Assembly (NCBI GenBank): GCA_040954595.2
Contig: CM082598.2
Coordinates: forward strand, 682,001 to 746,000
Reading direction: 5' to 3'
DNA length: 64,000 nt
Source: Balanoglossus misakiensis
Lineage: Eukaryota; Animalia; Hemichordata
Shown here piece by piece: positions 13,544-27,300 of this stretch. A model generated the notes under the pieces. That model saw nothing but the letters and a program-made list of their open reading frames with translations, made no database searches and had not been told where the DNA came from. Position 1 is the first letter of the stretch, and every line of letters begins with the position of its first letter. A program made the translations under genes and the position numbers.

Positions 13544-16500
13544 AAACACCAACCTAGCAAACAAACCCAACAGCCAAAGACAACCACAGGCTGAATCATT
13601 GAAACAGATATAAACATCCCAGTGGACAAATCAACTTGAAACTACCAGTAATTGGCCAAAACTGCCCACCAGTTTCGGGGCATAACTGCCCATCAGGATC
13701 CTGTTGAGTCCTTCACAAGTCTCCTTCCAGTCATTGTGGATGAGACCCCCGAAATTTGTTTGTTAGTTAGGACAATGCCCTTGGACTCGCCATCCAAACT
13801 CTTTTTTGGCCAATCGACGTAGCGGCGAATCAGCCAATTCCTTGACCGAGTAACCCAGATATCGACAAGCCAAGCAGCCTGTCGACTTAACAGCCAATAC
13901 CAGCAACCACACAGTTCACATTTATCTAGTCAACTCCAGGCGAAGATGTTTCCATTTGTCTGTGAAAAAACCAACATGTAGACTTGTTCATGAAAAACTT
14001 CTTAGTTGCCCCCAAATACACTGAATCTATCTATACCAGTCATACCACATCTTCGCATGTCGATCAACTTCCAGACACGTCATCAACCGACCTCAAGGCC
14101 AGCCAACTATGCTCTAGCCTAGTCCATTCATTCGTTCGTTCATACACCCACTCTTTCGTTCGTTCATTCTTAAGTGTATAACAAGCCAAAACCATGACTG
14201 CATCTTGCATCATACCATGAAACTGTCAATCGTGTTGGTAGTTCTTGAAAAAGCCAATTACACTTGTACTCTGTTTGCGTCTTAGTTTGTGAAGACACAC
14301 GGACAATTCGGATGACTCATATCACATTTGTCACTTGTTTTGTTTGGTCACTTGTTTTGTTTGTCTTTTTGCGAGCTGAGTCACCGATAAGGGCGTGGCA
14401 AATCGGTGTGGAGTGGAGTGAGTTACACGTCGAGTATGGCCTCGGGTCAGTGAGTTAAGATGAAAGCTTTCTAGATTTGTGGCAAAGCTTTTAGACGCCC
14501 GGCCACACATTGGGATGCTCCATTGCATTTCTTTGGTTGTGATGAGTTGCGGGTACAAGCTATTAATTACAATAGTTGCTGTCTTCTTTACAAAGATCTG
14601 TAGTTGTTCTCTGAGACTCTGAAAAGCTACCATTCTGTGCAAAAAACTACGTTTGAGGTGCCTTGACAGTAACATGTGTACTACCAGACCATGTTGAAGA
14701 AAATAGACTGTAAAAGAAAGTGTATTGCACAAAACACTGTCCATATAGCGGTCATTCGCCCCGCTTTGCTAACGGCGCAAATAGACTGGTTTCCATAGCA
14801 GCGTAACTTATTGTACCATCACAAATACTGTTGACATACCAGGGCCGTGTTTACCCAAAGCTTGCTTGGTCCACCCCCCCCCCCCTAACAATCGCCATCT
14901 GAGTCCGAAGTTTACGTGTGCTGTTACGTGAACCCTCTCTCGTATGTCAGAGATATTTATACTTGAACAAGTGAGAGGATGAAACAGGAATTTGATGGGT
15001 TATCTTGTTATGAAAGTAAATTTGTTTGTAAACATAGGCGGTGGGTTGTTAACAAGCTAGAAATTGTAATTTTATGGATATTTCACGTCAAGAGAACGCA
15101 AAACTGACGAACTAAGATGGCGCTATACTAGGCGAAAATCTAGAGGTCGATGCTCCCAGATTTTGGCATCTTGCCAGATGATGTTGTTGTGGCAGCTCGA
15201 GGGTAGAGATTTGGCGGGAAAAGAGTGCGTATATTTGGGCTTCATTTCCGGTCGGATTCAAGTCACTCCCATCAATTAGTTCTGACCGCGTTTTATGTTT
15301 GTGCAGATCTTAACCTGCCCCCTAGGACATGAAAATAGCCACGCCATGAATAACAAATCAGCTGTGTCATTAAAATTTCGACTTCTATTTTTAGTAACAG
15401 GGTGGGCTATTTATTTTAGGCGATGACTTATTCATAAAGGAGAATGCACCAACGTGATTGTGCAGGACCAAGGGCGTTAACTGTACGTTAAAAGAGAAAT
15501 GCATTTGGTCCACTTCGAATATCTATAGGATACCTATTTGCAAATGGTAACTTTGTGAAGCATATGTTTGTCTGGATATATGACACATCTGCGTTTTGCA
15601 AAATATAGCCTTGTGGCTTATTTGGCTGAATATCCAAACGACAGATTTAACACTTGGTCGCACTGTACACGTCGAGAGACTCCAGGGTTCGGAAACTGCT
15701 GTCAAACCCTCCCTGGGGCGTCTTCACGCGAACCTGTCAATCACAGCAATTGGACACGGTTGAATGCCAACAGGTGGATACTTTGTTTAGAGACCAGGCT
15801 AGGGGGCATGCTCTTTCTCTCTCTCTGACTGGTCCACTCCAAGTAATTGTATCCACTGTGGTGTACTTTAACGGCCGTGTTGTGTAACGATGTGATTTAA
15901 TCGTGTGCAGTTTACGGAACTGGGGTGTTTACTTGGCACCTAGAAATTCTCAGCAGGGGGTAACATTGCATTGAACATGAACTTCAGTGCCCATCGGCAG
16001 CCTTTTGCATTTTGCTTCTTTTCCAAACTGTCGTTCACGTTTACTCGAAATGTCTTCAGACGTTTATTACAATTCTAGTGCCAGGTTGAGATAGTCTGTA
16101 AAACGTTAAGTTTTGATAGGCAAGACAACGGGACAACGATTGCGATAGTGGGATTAAGGTGGATTAGAGGATTAGCTAATTTACAAGAACAGTTGTGTTT
16201 AGTAATGTTGGTCAGTCTCCCTTTCTCCCCCTCTCTATCTCCCTCCCTCCCCCTCACCATGACAACATATAGCCGACAAAAAGACCAGTACATGTAGTCT
16301 ATATATAGCTCTACATTGAACAGATCGAAGTACAACAGGACATCACGTTCACAAATTGTGTGTGGTTCACGTGGTCTACGTCACGTGAGATAGTTGGAAA
16401 GTTGTTGACAGTTTCGGAAGTTATGATTGTTCATTGCCAGTAATTGCTATGTAAGTCAGTCAGAAAAACAGAGTTGCCATTCACACAGAGAAGAACTATA

Positions 16501-18602
16501 GCAAGTCATCTCTTATTCAATGCAATACAAAAGGGCGGGAAACACGGTTAACTGTTAAAGGTAACCTTTGTACAACCAAGGAGCTACCTCTGTAGCACAA
16601 CTCAATGTTTACAACCTCAGATCTCCCTCGCTCAGCCCAGGCTGTCACGTGATACCAGTCAATATGGCCGTTCCCGTAGATTGCTGTGTGTTTACGCAGA
16701 TCTGTTTTTCGTAAGTGACCAACCCCTTCAGCATCATGGTTTGGTCCAACTCCATTGTTTTCCATAGCAAAGCTGGACCTTTGCACATGTAAATGGGGTG
16801 AGAGGGTTAGGGTCAGCATGAGAGAAACCAAGGCATCTGAAAGTGTTTGAAATTGGCCAAAGACGCCGCGTCAATTGCAGCGCCCCCTTAAGGAACGGTT
16901 TGCAAATTTTGGGTTTCACGTGGCGTTAAACACTTTCCAAAACATTCTAGCATAGACAGGCGTACTGTTTCACTAAGAAAAGAATGTACATCAGAACAGA
17001 TATACACAGATACCAGGCAGAGACAGGAGACGGTAAAGAATGAGATATAAATCAGATAGTCTTAGAGGCAAATAAAGCGACAGCCTTTCTATTAGCATTG
17101 GCAGGTCGTTGTAATGACCACATTAATTACAAAACACCAGCTATCGGGTCACAGTACAGACAAAATGGATCAACCATCATAAAAATGTTCGCCTCAAAAA
17201 GAAGATCATTAGAGCATAACTTGTTTACTCTGGGTTCTAAAAGATTCTGGAAGGAAACGTTTCATAGCCTGAAGGGTTCACCCTGCCTTCCATTGTTTTT
17301 TACGGTTCAATTTTTCCATACGCGTGCAAAACTGCGCGACTGTCATTTCAGTTTACAACTGCATGACTCCGCGGTCCCTCGTGGCGTGACCTAGTCACTG
17401 AACAACCAGGTACGACGTTTAACTTTATAAAGAAAGTTGAACAGAATCGCCATTTCCTCGAGCCAGGGTCATCTATTGTCGTAAAGAGGTTGTGGTTTCA
17501 TCCCATTCATTTTTCCTTCTTATTTAGATGATCATATTTCTTCGGCAAACTTCATACACTATAGTAGATTAGCTTTAGTAAACTGTATGCAGAGCGTTCA
17601 ATTTTGCAGTTGCAGATACTGACGAATTGTCAGGAGAAATTGTAATATTGTTTTGTTGTTTTCCATTTGTTAGAAGAATCTTGAAAAGATACCCTTGTCT
17701 GACAGGTATGGGATTGGGGTGCTACTGGTCTTTATATTGCAAGTTCTTCTTACGATTGGCCAGCACAGTAAATTGAGGAATAAGTAACTGTCAATCTCTC
17801 TGAAAGGAAATACTGACTATACTACCAAGAGGGCGATCTTATCCGCTGTATACATGATGAACCCTCTCGAAAGAAAACACACACAAAAAGAAACATAAGA
17901 CGAAAAAGTTTCCAAATATACAAGCAGCAGACCGTGGCAATTGAAGTGCACACACGCACTGTACTGCTTTGTGTATTGACTGAAGTCTCTATGTGGTGTG
18001 AGTTGGTCAGTCTCTGGGTCTGTCATGGTCACTGATGTTGCCTGTTATTCCGACGTCTGGGTTTGGTCACAGTCTGCTGACAGAGAGGCCGTCTCCATCC
18101 AGTATGCTTTTCAAATGAACACGTGTTGTTCTCTGTCAGCGTGTGCAGGACACATTGTGGTCATTCAAGCTCTACCCTGGCCGCCTTTGGTTCCAAAGTC
18201 TTGAAATTTCACTCCAACTTTGCTGAGGATGACTTTGGGTCATTATACTGAATTCAAGTCCGGACTTGAAATCATTTGACTTGTGATGACTGATGAAGAC
18301 AAAATGGTGTGCGGACAAGAGCTCCATCACTCAATTGTGTTGTGTGCAATAGTGGCATATCAGTGCTTGCAGTTGTTTACCGACTCTAGTTCAACAAAAT
18401 GATTGTAGTTTCCCGCGTAAACAAAGTGTTCATGGCAGAAGTGGTTAACCACTTTATGACTGTTAGCTAAACACTGGTACATCAACCATGCTTGGATAAT
18501 CAATCACAGAAAATGGCATTTTCATGATGATGGGATTTTGTGTTGAATTAATTATTGGTCATACATTGGCATTGGCGATTTGACCAAAAGTGATTTTGAT
18601 GT

Positions 18603-18706
18603 GAATGAATGAATGAATGAATGAATGAATGAATGAATGAATGAATGAATGAATGAATGAATGAATGAATGAATGAATGAATGAATGAATGAATGAATGA
18701 ATGAAT
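18603..18706. repeat. (GAAT)n microsatellite
   Basis: About 26 perfect units. Confidence 0.98.
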
Positions 18707-20475
18707 AGAGATATTGATTGCCATGGACCACTCAAGCAATAGGGAAAAGATGAATGAACGTGGCAGCAAAGAACGCAGAAAAATCAATAAATACCAACAG
18801 GGCCTTCGTGTAAGCATAGTGATAGTGGCGGGCATGTGTTGTGGAAGAGAAGCATATCCACGTGGTGATAACCAACTCTCTTACGTAATGTGTCTTGACA
18901 GAAAGCAGAGGCGTTCGTGTTGTGAACGTGACCAATGACGGTTAATTACCTTCACAGGTGACCCCATCACACACGGGGTCAACTTCAACCCCCCCGGGGA
19001 GAATCACAATTTGGACGTTGAATCGATCATGGTCACACGTTTGTCAATTTGGACGTTGTGTGCATCGATCATGGTCAGATGTCAGCCAATTTATGGACTT
19101 TTGCTGACAAACAATTTGAAAGAAAACCCTGCATGATTCTGTGTACGGGCGGAAGGTGTCCTAACGTCCTTGCAACACGTGTTCTGAAGTCAGCCCCGGT
19201 CACTCTCATGACCTACTGGTATCTTTCATTGACATAAATCACACACGAATTGCAAAACACTTGATATAATTTCAAACGTCCTCTATCCACGCAGGTAAAC
19301 TAATAGTTGCAGTCTATTTACATATAGCAGGCCTGGCAACTTTATTTTCCAAACGGCAACGCTGAACAAAAACTAATCCTCGGAGCATAAATGACAAGAC
19401 ATACAATGAATGAGAAACAGCAAAAATCCACGTGTCAGCTTGACGCCTTGTCAGTATACAGCTGACAAACGTTCATGGTCCTCGTATATTTGGAACCAGA
19501 CAAATTCCACAAGGCTGTGACCATTACCACTGGTGACTGTACACTTAACTACCCATTTAGTCTAAGTGAGGTCACCTCTATCAAGGCACCCGGTATTTTT
19601 GTAGTCACCGTACAGCTACGTTACTATGGTTATCCATTGGCAGGCAAAGACACGAGGACACATTCTCGCACCGCGTAACATAGTTTTGTATGTAAATTGT
19701 GCAAAGTGCAGACAATCTGCAACCGTTCATTGCAAATAGATGCACGGATGGTTGGATATGTCAAGGCAGGGCCAATCCGTTCTGAATCGTGGCACAAACA
19801 CTTTAAAGAGACACATCCTTTGACTCAGAGTTGGTTGCGATGGCTTGACTTGAAAAGTCGTTTATTTTGATCTGACAATTACTGTACGCGTAATCAATCA
19901 TTGTCCTGAAACAGGTACATGACGTAAACATTTCATGACACAACTTGGGGGGATAAGTTATGCAGCATAAAATATGTCGTTTGACTTATCTCGTGGAGAT
20001 GATTGCAGGTTAACAACACAGGTGGCCACCATATGCGGAAAATCCACGACTCCTTTGATTAGAATAAATTGAAGTTTGACCGCAGATCGGATATCGGTCG
20101 AGGAGAATTACGATTTATGATAAAATAGATTGTTAACTTTTGAACACTGACGTCATTAACGGGCGATGTCACTGAACTCTCTGTAATCACAACAGTTTGA
20201 TTCGATATAAATATCTAACACATTTTGTATGCAAAGGTCCTGTTTGGCGCGAAAGAGTTTGGTGGAATGGGTGTGTCTACAAATGTTAATCGTTGCAAAC
20301 AATCATCGATTGCGTTCTGCGACCTTGAGGGGGTAGACTAATGTGTGACGTCACAAGACAGGTAGAGCTTGCAGAAAAACTATATCATTCATATCTGCGG
20401 GAGAGTGGAGAATGGACATTTCTGAACTAAAGTCAAGCTTTATAACCTTTCTGTCGCAAGAATAGTTCTCAAATT

Positions 20476-22285
20476 TCACTCAGTGAACTGAAAAGTCAGA
20501 TCACTGTCCTTCATGACCTTGTTGTACCACGTGTCAAATTCTTCACTTTGGGCCACTGTGAAGTGCTTCTTCCAATCTCCTATCACACCTAAAAACGGAA
20601 ACAGTCGGAGAATGACGGAAACACCATGTTAATTCTCAGTCACTATGGAAACAGATTGGTATATACTAGTATATACTTCACATTCCACACAAGTAAATGT
20701 ATACTGAATTACAACTCACCGGTTCTGACAAACGGCGACTGCTGAGCGTCAATATTGAGAGCTTTCAACATGAATTCTTTTGGTTTGATTTCACGGTTTC
20801 GTGTTGCCTCGATAGTGGTTTGGCTGGCGATCAAATTAATTGCCTCGTTGTCCAAGTTGATTCCTATGAACTCAGCTATGGTTTTAACTGACGACTTCAA
20901 ATCCTAGTGAAGGCGAATAAAACACATCCTAGTTTAGATGATGACAGATAGACAGACAGATCATTGGGTGCCACAGAGCTAGAGGTACATTATCTCCCGG
21001 CATTATCGTGCAAGTAACACAAACAAACAAACAAACAAACAGAGAGGGGGGAGAGAGAGATGTATGGACTGCATGTATGTAGCTTTCTTTTGTATTAGTA
21101 CCTTTTTCATGTCTTCATATTTCAGGAACAGAACATTGTCATCGTTTCGTTTGTCCCACCAGTGTAATACATGGGTATGCCATTCACCAAAGACTACTGT
21201 GATTTACGAAAAAAAGGGGGAAAGATTAATGTGATATCAAAAATAATGGAATATTTGCATTCAGTCTTTCAATGTATACCAAAAGTGGTAAAATATGGGC
21301 ACTGTATTTTGCGTATTGCCTCGGCAGTTTGCGGTAAACAGTGTATAATAATTTTTACAGCAGTATCTAAATATCTTACTATCTCCTGACATGAACACTT
21401 CCGATAATTTTTGGATTGTTGAATAGTCTTCTTCAACTGGAAGATGTTTGAAATGGTGGAGATATGAAGCGATGACATCCTTTGGGTTTCTGGCGACTGA
21501 GATAATCTGGGGAAACAAGATCAATACATACATGATTCCAAAGGGGGTTTTAACATCTATATTGTCTTTTTACTGGTTTGTGTCGAGCATGTGTGCAAAG
21601 TTGAAGACACGTTTAGCTTGTTAGTTGAAGGGCGCAGAACTTGAGATTAATGTTATTAAATAAATCTCTCTTACCTTTGGTTTCTTTTCAGAAAGTTGCA
21701 GTGGTAAGAATTGCGGCAACAGGTGTGAGGTGATGACTCTCGGTGAGGGCGCTTCATTGAAGAGTTCATGATTGGACCGAGGGCCTGTATTGAATTCCAG
21801 GTAAGGAGCATGGTCAACAGTTGGATCATCGGTGGCGCGAATACCATCGCTGACGAGAATTTTGTTGACAATATCTGCAATCCATGTAGTTCCTGTCATG
21901 ATTACATAAAGTAGACACAACTGTGATGAGATGTCCATAGTTGAATATACAAAATAATTTGGTTGTAGTTTAATTACAACCATAGATCCTAGTCGCTTGG
22001 TGATTTTTGGTCCTTATAGAGTATCTATCATGGTACAAAACATCACCCACTATGCGGAGCTAGTAGTTCGCTGGTTTGTTGTAACGTCTCCATATACAGG
22101 TCTGTATAGCAAACAATGAAGCCCTATACCGTACCTGATTTCGAGTATGTTAACAACCAGATATCGGCCCGTCTCACTTCAAAGTCCGGAATTGCTTCGA
22201 GATTAGATCGTGATACCAACCAGGGAAACAGTGTCCCTTTGTATTTGTGGGAAGCAAGGGACGGCGGACCACTTTTATCTGACAT
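20476..22285 (-). CDS. Cytosolic sulfotransferase (SULT1-like), 295 aa. Exons 22285-22135, 21892-21675, 21506-21380, 21196-21102, 20903-20720, 20588-20476.
   Basis: 5'-PSB-like TYSKSGTTW, catalytic-His region ITSHL, 3'-[41 protein letters not shown]. All introns GT-AG with consistent phase. The 127-, 95- and 113-nt exons match typical SULT1 exon sizes. Confidence 0.93.
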
Positions 22286-23000
22286 CTTGGAAGCAACAAT
22301 TCAACCGGGTGGCTCTTAGCACCAACAGTAGTTTGGTAAAAAGCAAAGGTCCGATTTTCTCACGTGATATTGCTGGTCAGACGTCGCTGGTATCCAACCA
22401 CTAAAAGGTCAGGTCAGCCCTCGGTCTTTTTAGAGAGATTGTGGCTTGGTGTGTAGAGTCAGGCTAAAGGAATATTGTCTTTGTTTTGCATATTAATTAG
22501 CAAATATTTATAGATTTGGTAATAAAGGTGGTAGGTGTAAATTGCTATTTGTGGGGTGGTGGGTTTATGCTGGTCACCCCGACCAATAGTTGTGTTTCCA
22601 CAGCTAACTTGTAGGGTCCCAACGCATACCGCACTTTAGTAGCAGTGCTAAAAAGAAAATTAAAATTGTTTTTTTTCGTCAGTCCCTGGTCGAAATCAAA
22701 CTCATATCGCAGAAAACATTCGATGTACGAGAGCCTTCCCTTGCACATAGACAGTGGTACACTCAATGCTTAAACTAAATATTGACCTAGATAAACTCTG
22801 ACTCTGCTCACGTGATTCGAGCGCTTTGTTCACGTGAGCGTTGGGAACACTTACACCTATTTGTAATCGTTATATTTAATTATACAGTACATTTTGGGGT
22901 TATATCTGAGGTCAAAAAGAATTCTGAGGTCCGGGTTCTGAAACTTCAGAGGGGAGCCCTCTGACTCAGAGGGCTCTGAAAAGTCAACTCTACCCGCGAG

Positions 23001-23362
23001 ATTGTCCAAAAATGACCATTTCCCGACTTTGGGAATTTTGGTGATCTTGTCATTTCTGGACATTTTTCATGGGTTATAGCTCATGAAAATTGTCCAAAAA
23101 TGACCATTTCCCGACTTTGGGAATTTTGGTGATCTTGTCATTTCTGGACATTTTTCATGGGTTATAGCTCATGAAAATTGTCAAAAGATGACCATTTCCC
23201 GACTTTGGGAATTTTGGTGATCTTGTCATTTCTGGACATTTTTCATGGGTCATAGCTCATGAAAATTGTCCAAAAATGACCATTTCCCGACTTTGGGAAT
23301 TTTGGTGATCTTGTCATTTCTGGAAATTTTTCATGGGTCCATAGCTCATGAAAATTGTCAAC
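23001..23362. repeat. Tandem array of 88-bp units, 4 copies
   Basis: ATTGTC.AAA.ATGACCATTTCCCGACTTTGGG starts at 23001, 23089, 23177 and 23265; copies are near-identical. Confidence 0.95.
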
Positions 23363-24386
23363 AGATGGCAAATTCCCACATTCGGAATAGACAAGGAAGG
23401 TATGATCGATGGCTGGTTGTCTAAATTGATTTAAAAGTAAAAGACGACAACAGAACAAACAGCCATTAAAAAAGACAACAATTTTATTAAATATAAATTG
23501 TCAAAGAAATCGAACTTACAATATTGCAACATCAAACCAATAAAAGCACATAGACCAGAAAAACTAATATTCCAAACGTTTTTCGTGGGTCCTTTTTTAT
23601 TTCCAAAATTTAGGATTGATTGTCTCTCATATTACTAATTAGCTTTGGCTACATTTTTCTGCCAAAAATCATGGATAAAAAGTGATGTCCTTCAAATAAT
23701 TTGACATTTGCTCATGTGGCGAGCTTATTACATGACAACTTATAATCTCTAAGTACTGATTCTTCAAGTCTCATATCAAACGTCATTTTGAGAATATGAT
23801 CAAAATCTAACATTTTTGCATTTTTCCATATGATTATTAAAAAATGATTAGATGTAAACATATTGTAACCATGGATACATTCATTTTATACTCTCCTGCA
23901 AGTTTGTTTAAACTGTGATAATTAAAACTCTACGAAAGATAGAACAATCAAAGATTGGTGATTCTAGATGAGAAGTACGTGACCAGCATTTCATCTCTCA
24001 AATTTTATACTCAAGGAAATATAAAAGTGACAATTGCATTGGTGACAAAAAGGTCTTCAAGTCCAGTTTTCTGTGCGAGAAAGCGTTATCAAAGCATGCA
24101 GACGAATAGATACAAAAAAGTTGGCATAAATGTACAATACAACACTGTGTATATGTTACAATACAGGACTGTAAACTCAAACCATTGATATAGTAGACAT
24201 ACACTGTTTTTTTAAATCAAATATATAATTTCAAAATAACAAATGTGACACTTAATGAACTCATCATTTTAAAAAATGTTCATTTTTGTATATTTTTGGA
24301 TTTAAATTGACTCTTAATCAGCATTTTGATCACTGTTGCATTAAGATGATTTCGGTCGCTGTTAGATTCGTACCCGTTGCTTTTAA

Positions 24387-27300
24387 TTACTTGCAGTTTC
24401 TGGTGATAGAGGCTTTCTTTGCACACCTTTCTCCTCCAGCCAATAGAGGGCGTGATTTCGTTCGCTTGCCATCTGCACACTTGCCAAAGTTTTCCCATGG
24501 GCCAAAGAAACACTTTTCTGTGAAGGCAATGAAATAAATAGTAATCTGGCATTCTGTTAATTTTGTACATTTATACAGAACTATACTATAATATACTGAA
24601 CTATACTATATAGAACCATTTAGGAATGATCAAAGGCCTTGTGATTAACCAAATATATTTTCGTACCAACGCCTTTCTTGTTGTAGCAGTTTCTCGTCTG
24701 TGTCACATTTTCGAGGCAATCAGCTGGAGTGATCCCTTTTTTGCGCGATAGGACTCCCGCACGTGACCGCGTCCTGGCCGTTTCATCGCACGCACTCCAT
24801 TCTTCAAATGCGTACTTGCACGCTAGAAAGAGAAATGTTGGTAATTACATGTAAATGAGTATATGGTGAATCAACGTTCGACCACACACAACTTCCATCC
24901 CTCTTGTAGACACGAGAGTGGAAAATGAATAATCGTTCTTTACCATTTCTTCATTTTGGCAAGATTTTTACTCGCATATCAGACAAACGGGATGGAAGTT
25001 GTGTGTGGTGGAGCATTGATTCAATATATATTCACATCATGTATCAAACATAATTAATGGAAAAAGGACAGCGAGAGAGAGACTTTGTCCCTTTAAGAGG
25101 CCAATATTTGTGGCCAACTCACCAAAACCACATTTCTTGACAACAACTCTCTCAGCTGCACATGCTATGTCAGGATCACTCTCAGATTCAATCAGAATGT
25201 CCAAGCGCACACGAGTGTTCGTCATTGTATCACACAAACCCCATTGACCATGATTGTATCTACATGCTGCAAAGAGAAATAAAGCTTCATTTTAAAAAGA
25301 AAATTGCACAAAACCACTGAAAAAATCAAGCAGACAATAACTGTGTAGACGAAACGCCATGAGGTTGATGAGGCACCATGCCTGATATATGTTACGTGTT
25401 TGGCAGTTCTAAAGTATAAACATCCTTGGGAAAAAAATTTATTGAATGCCGCGATGTTGTTTGCCTGTCACCTAGAAATGACAATGATGACGTTGGTCAC
25501 ATGGCCAGATCATGTGATTGATAGCAACGAATGACAGGGCTGCATGAGACAATAATTAATTGGCTGCCTGATACTCGAACTAAAGCTAACACTAACAAGT
25601 GATGGCTTCTTTTTCTCACCCTTCTTTCCTTTCATCCCTTTGCATTTCTTGGTGACAGACTTCTCTTCAACGCACGTCTCAGGGTCACCTTTCTTCAAAC
25701 GGAGAGTAGCAGTTCTCGTGCCGGTCGTCTCATCGCAATCGCTGATTTCCTCCACTGCATATTTGCATTCTGTAAACAAATCAAACCCCAGTCACTCATA
25801 GGAATGCAATCGCATCTTATTTACATATGCCCATAAATGGTCTAAAGGGTGTGTCTGAGTATTCTAATTACCATGTGGTGGCGCCCTTTATTGTGTTGCC
25901 ACCCAAGTGAAAATCAGTGATAGGCTATTGTCCATGGTAAATTTGCTTTAATTTGTTTGTGTATATCTCTTTATTTCTGTTGATGTCAGGGACTGATTGA
26001 TGTTTAACTGATGGGTGATCATGAGAAATTTGACACTTGCTGAGTTTTTGAGGGATAACTATCTCACAAAGAAATAAATGAGAAAATAGTTTGCTTCCAT
26101 CTGGGTGGGTATCAGTCAGGCACAAATGCAGACAGCGTCACCCCACCCCCACCCCCACCCCCCACCCCCAATAACACATTACTCAAGAACCAGAACTGAG
26201 ACTGCTCCAAACACGCATGCACAGAAAGTGGGAAATGAAAGACATAATGAAGAAAAGGAATGAATAAAGGTGAAAACAAAGATATGAAGAGTTTGGCCTT
26301 AGATTTATAGGTCTCAGTATTCTGAGCTTTAAAATGTCTTTAAAGAACTGAAAAATAACAGAAAACTTTGATTTTGCGTTTTCAGAAACCTTCATGTTAG
26401 TTACAAATTGAACTTTGCTTGTTCACTTATTTTGTCGTTTAATAAGAAAACGTTTGCTTGAACCCCCCCAAAAACATCGCGTTTGGGCGTTGGTGGCGCA
26501 CTGCAGAAAAGCGAAGCCGAGCTGTGACATGCTATCTCACCTTTCCTCCGTTTATCGCCCTCACACGGTATGCGACATCGTTTAGTTTTGGAGATAACTT
26601 TACAGTCAGCACCATCACGGGTCGCTTTTTTAGTTCCCACGCCACATTCACCCTCCGTGGGCTCACAATCACCCCAGACCCAACCAGCACAATCTCTGCC
26701 AGCTTTATCACGTTGCGCTGCAGTGGATGGGATGAAAATGATTGGAAGAAGAAAGATTGTGTGAAGAAGTTGGAATATCTGGAGACAAGTGAAGCTGGTG
26801 ACGGTGATGAAAATACCCACACAGACAGACAGGCAGAAAGACACAAACAAACAAACACAATCAAGAACGAAATTCTGATTTATCACAATAATAAGGATGG
26901 CACAACAGGAATTTCGCAACTACTACATTTTAAAGATAATATCAAGTCTACTGATACCGACGTAAGAAAGACGCTGCTCATTCACGTGTGACCAACTACC
27001 GTGTAAAGTAACTCATACTGGGAGGCGAATCAACTCATAAATTCACACCGAACATAAGACACTCATCCAGACCGAGTTCAAAGTTTGCAAGTTTTACAAC
27101 AGCGTGTTCCTTCCGACGGTTGACACGAAAGCGTTGAAGAATGCTCGGCGCGTTTGTATGTTCATCAAAGTGTGACTAACGAAGTCCCCTCGATTTTTAC
27201 AACTTTCTGCGGGAGTATTGTCCGCTTTGAAGTTAACGAATGGGTTCAGAGGTCATCGAGACGGATCAGTGGATTGTATTCTGTAAGTGTTAATCTGGAG

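Noticed and set aside
13259-13629. Hydrophobic ORFs with WLVG repeats
   Set aside because: Translation of the (CCAA)n microsatellite.
18548-18835. ORF with HSFI repeats
   Set aside because: Translation of the (GAAT)n microsatellite.
23001-23362. Regular repeats as a CRISPR array
   Set aside because: Contiguous near-identical 88-bp units with no unique spacers, no cas genes, and a eukaryotic context.
25590-25600. Alternative donor CTT|GTTAGT for PTN-like exon 3
   Set aside because: Phase 0, incompatible with the next exon; the phase-1 G|GTGAG at 25619 fits.
26458-26991. 177-aa + strand ORF
   Set aside because: Antisense to the PTN-like exon 2 and extended by a low-complexity purine-rich intron tract.
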